Shown one piece after another: positions 56,757 to 59,008 of a stretch of DNA of 59,008 nt. A model generated the notes under the pieces. It searched no databases. It saw nothing but the letters and a program-made list of their open reading frames with translations, and had not been told where the DNA came from. The position numbers and the translations under genes were made by a program. Origin of the DNA: a virus (Duplodnaviria; Caudoviricetes); the IMG/VR virus record IMGVR_UViG_3300025416_000004, positions 1-59,008 of that record, one strand, 5' to 3'. The stretch's first letter is position 1. Each line of letters starts with the position of its first letter.

Positions 56757-56865
56757 AGCACTAGCACACACTAACAAAATGGACGCCCTCTCGCCTTCAA
56801 CCCAAAGACGAGAGAGCAGTTGAGAATCTACAGCACAAGAGAATCGCAACGATGAAAATATGCCG

Positions 56866-56894
56866 TTGACAATGATGTGGCGCAAGGATAATCG
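56866..56894 (+). promoter_or_regulatory. Promoter flanked by 14-bp direct repeats
   Basis: TTGACA then GATAAT/TAATCG at 15-17 bp; AATCTACAGCACAA at 56825 and 56900. Confidence 0.5.
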
Positions 56895-57194
56895 TAATAA
56901 ATCTACAGCACAAAAGTAGATATCGTAACCACTGGAAATCGAGATTGTGTCGAGCCACTGGCGAAGGCAGGAGCCGCGCATAACCCTCGCGGCTTAATTC
57001 GGAGGACACACACTCCAACCTCATTGCGCTCCGATTTGAGAGCAGGCTAATCCTTGGGCTGTGGCATGAGAGACGCTTTTCGTCATATGTGATATTGATC
57101 TGATTTCAGATCTCACTTTTATCTTTTCTATTTTCTTTGGGGGGTTTCTTTTTATCTTTTCTTTTTAACGCTGGGTGATCAATTCTAACCTTCT

Positions 57195-57446
57195 ATGACA
57201 ACTACAAATAAATTAGATGAGCTACTGGATTCAGGAATGATAAACGAAGACGCCCTGACGGCGGACGGCTTCGACGAATGCGTGATCGGCGCAACAACTG
57301 ATGGATGCGTAGTCTACGAGGCTGGCAAGATGGTCGATCAAATGGTAACTGAAGGCATGGAATACAATGACGCCATAGATCATTTTTACTACAACATCGC
57401 AGGCGCGTATGTCGGTGAATTCACCCCAATCTATGTCTGGCTATAA
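57195..57446 (+). CDS. Conserved phage hypothetical protein
   Basis: ADGFDECVIG...VY...KM...GM....AI..F.YNI.GAYVGE.TPI motif recalled from many aquatic phages. Confidence 0.8.
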   Translation: MTTTNKLDELLDSGMINEDALTADGFDECVIGATTDGCVVYEAGKMVDQMVTEGMEYNDAIDHFYYNIAGAYVGEFTPIYVWL

Positions 57447-57447
57447 T

Positions 57448-57954
57448 ATGGAAATCAAAACACCCACCCACATTGAGCAGGTAGCAGTCAAAAAACTGAT
57501 ACCATACGCTAGGAACAGCCGCGCTCACAGCGACATTCAGGTGAGTCAGATCGCCGCCAGCATCAAGGAGTTTGGATTTACGAACCCTGTGCTGATTACG
57601 GACGAGTGCGACATCATCGCAGGTCATGGTCGCGTACTTGCCGCCAAGAAGCTAGGACTGGATTCAGTACCCTGCATCAAGCTGGATCACCTGACAGAGA
57701 CCCAGCGGCGAGCCTACATCATTGCCGACAATCAACTGGCACTCAACTCAACATGGAGTTTTGATATGCTTTCTGTTGAAATTGACGAGTTAAATGACGC
57801 CAAGTTTGATGTGTCGCTACTTTCCTTCACCAACGAACAACTGGCAGAAATGATCGGATCTCCTGAAGAACCAGTAGATAATGGCCTGAAAGCGGATGAA
57901 AAGGAGAGAGAAACGTGCATTTGTCCCAAATGTCATCATGAATTTGTAAAGTAG
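57448..57954 (+). CDS. ParB/Srx-like N-terminal domain protein with C-terminal zinc ribbon
   Basis: LIPYARNSR.H...Q..QIAASIKEFGFTNPVL, IIAGHGR..AA, AYIIADN.LA and CPKC.HEF. Confidence 0.85.
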   Translation: MEIKTPTHIEQVAVKKLIPYARNSRAHSDIQVSQIAASIKEFGFTNPVLITDECDIIAGHGRVLAAKKLGLDSVPCIKLDHLTETQRRAYIIADNQLALNSTWSFDMLSVEIDELNDAKFDVSLLSFTNEQLAEMIGSPEEPVDNGLKADEKERETCICPKCHHEFVK

Positions 57955-57996
57955 TTATTACTTGCCCTTGGCTTCTAAATAACATATCACACCCTA

Positions 57997-58575
57997 ATGG
58001 CAAAACCGATAATCGGGATGATTCCGCCTTCCGGCTGGCATTACATTGATGGTGATGTACGGCTGGATGGGCATAGCTACGACAACCTGAAGAGCGTTGT
58101 TGAGAACTATCGTGCCGAGAACGGACTTCCATCAGGCGATGTTGAGGGCGACATCAATAGCTTCATTTGCTCCAATTGGCCTACATTCTGTCATGGCGTT
58201 GACATGGTATCAATTACTAGCGTCAACCCTGATACGGCGTCCACAGAGCTTCGGAATGACATCCAAGCATGGGGAAAGAACATCTTAAATAGTAATCGAC
58301 AGCACCTGCTTGTTACAGACGAGCTGGCAGAGGCTCGCGCAAAAATCTGTAATGTCTGTCCGAACAATGTAAATTGGAGGGGCGGGTGTTCTTCCTGTGT
58401 CTCAACAACCGAGCGACTTGTTGCAAGTGTCCGGCAAGGTCGAGACACGATTACAAGCCCAATGCTTGGCGGTTGCAGTAGCATGAGGCATGACAACAGG
58501 ACGGCTATTTTCTTTGACAGGTCAGAGCTTCACAAGCCATCTGATCTGCCATCGAATTGCTGGGTAAATATCTAA
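57997..58575 (+). CDS. Cys-rich hypothetical protein
   Basis: PP.GW.Y, RAKICNVCPNN, CSSC and LP..CW; directly upstream of the portal candidate. Confidence 0.65.
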   Translation: MAKPIIGMIPPSGWHYIDGDVRLDGHSYDNLKSVVENYRAENGLPSGDVEGDINSFICSNWPTFCHGVDMVSITSVNPDTASTELRNDIQAWGKNILNSNRQHLLVTDELAEARAKICNVCPNNVNWRGGCSSCVSTTERLVASVRQGRDTITSPMLGGCSSMRHDNRTAIFFDRSELHKPSDLPSNCWVNI

Positions 58576-58577
58576 TT

Positions 58578-59008
58578 ATGGCAAACCTAAAACCACTTCC
58601 TCCGAAAATTACAGATGCATTTGCAAATAAATCCGCAAGAATTGCTGACGCGCATGATAAACCACGCATTCTTGACCTCGATGTGGTTGACCCAGATATT
58701 GGGAATCTTGACACAATAGATCCAGATACCCTTCAGGTACGCCGGACATTCAAGGACGCCACACAGGCGCATAGTGCCTACAGGCGGCTAAAGCAACAGA
58801 ATGTCGAGCGTAACAAGAAGAATCAACTGATTCAGAAAAAACTCAATAACGAGCCTCCATACAACGCCAAGAAATTGGAGTCGATGGGTCAGAACTGGAG
58901 ATCGAATAGGCCGACGGGATTCATTTCGACGATGATCAGCCGGATCCAGCCTCCATTCCGGCAGGTAATTGAGACGGCGGCTACGCTTACCTTTGCCGAG
59001 TATCCGAT
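58578..59008 (+). CDS. 3'-truncated protein, probable portal (not in ORF track because it has no stop)
   Basis: Open frame MANLKPLPPK...NNEPPYNAKKLESMGQNWRSN... to the window end; function inferred from gene order. Confidence 0.45.
   Translation, partial: MANLKPLPPKITDAFANKSARIADAHDKPRILDLDVVDPDIGNLDTIDPDTLQVRRTFKDATQAHSAYRRLKQQNVERNKKNQLIQKKLNNEPPYNAKKLESMGQNWRSNRPTGFISTMISRIQPPFRQVIETAATLTFAEYP

Noticed and set aside
57448-57954. parABS partition system or ParB-fused DNA methyltransferase
   Set aside because: No ParA ATPase, HTH or methyltransferase domain; only the ParB/Srx N-terminal domain and a zinc ribbon.
1-59008. Prophage with att sites and host flanks; specific host assignment
   Set aside because: No integrase, CI-like repressor or host housekeeping genes were recognised. 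Sigma70-like promoters, lack of SD motifs and a lipoprotein suggest a diderm host but do not identify it.

Overview
The window is most of a tailed dsDNA bacteriophage genome, probably podovirus-like, with almost every gene on the + strand. It opens inside a probable scaffold gene and ends inside a probable portal gene. Gene order: glycosyl-/methyltransferase cassette (0.5-5.3 kb); major capsid and Gly-rich virion genes; lysis cassette (GH108 endolysin); tail adaptor and nozzle; ejection proteins; a 3425-aa polyvalent protein; an ATP-grasp gene; an early region of small genes with CA-rich leaders; ERF/Cas4-like/SSB/RusA/HNH recombination genes; DUF1376 initiator plus DnaC-like loader; terminase small and large subunits; tRNA-Gln(UUG); and a ~950 bp non-coding region. 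No integrase, DNA polymerase, RNA polymerase, reverse transcriptase or CRISPR array was recognised. The most unusual signals are: (i) a tandem array of about ten different ~25-40 bp dyads shaped like recombinase core sites (56.25-56.71 kb); (ii) the giant protein, whose C-terminal half is cut into cassettes by a recurring F-M-P motif that is also conserved as DNA; (iii) several candidate structured RNAs, including a capsid-gene leader and a minus-strand sRNA complementary to the phage's own CA-rich start regions; (iv) a virion-modification toolkit (glycosyl-, methyl- and sulfotransferases, ATP-grasp). All family calls come from motifs read by eye; no searches were run.
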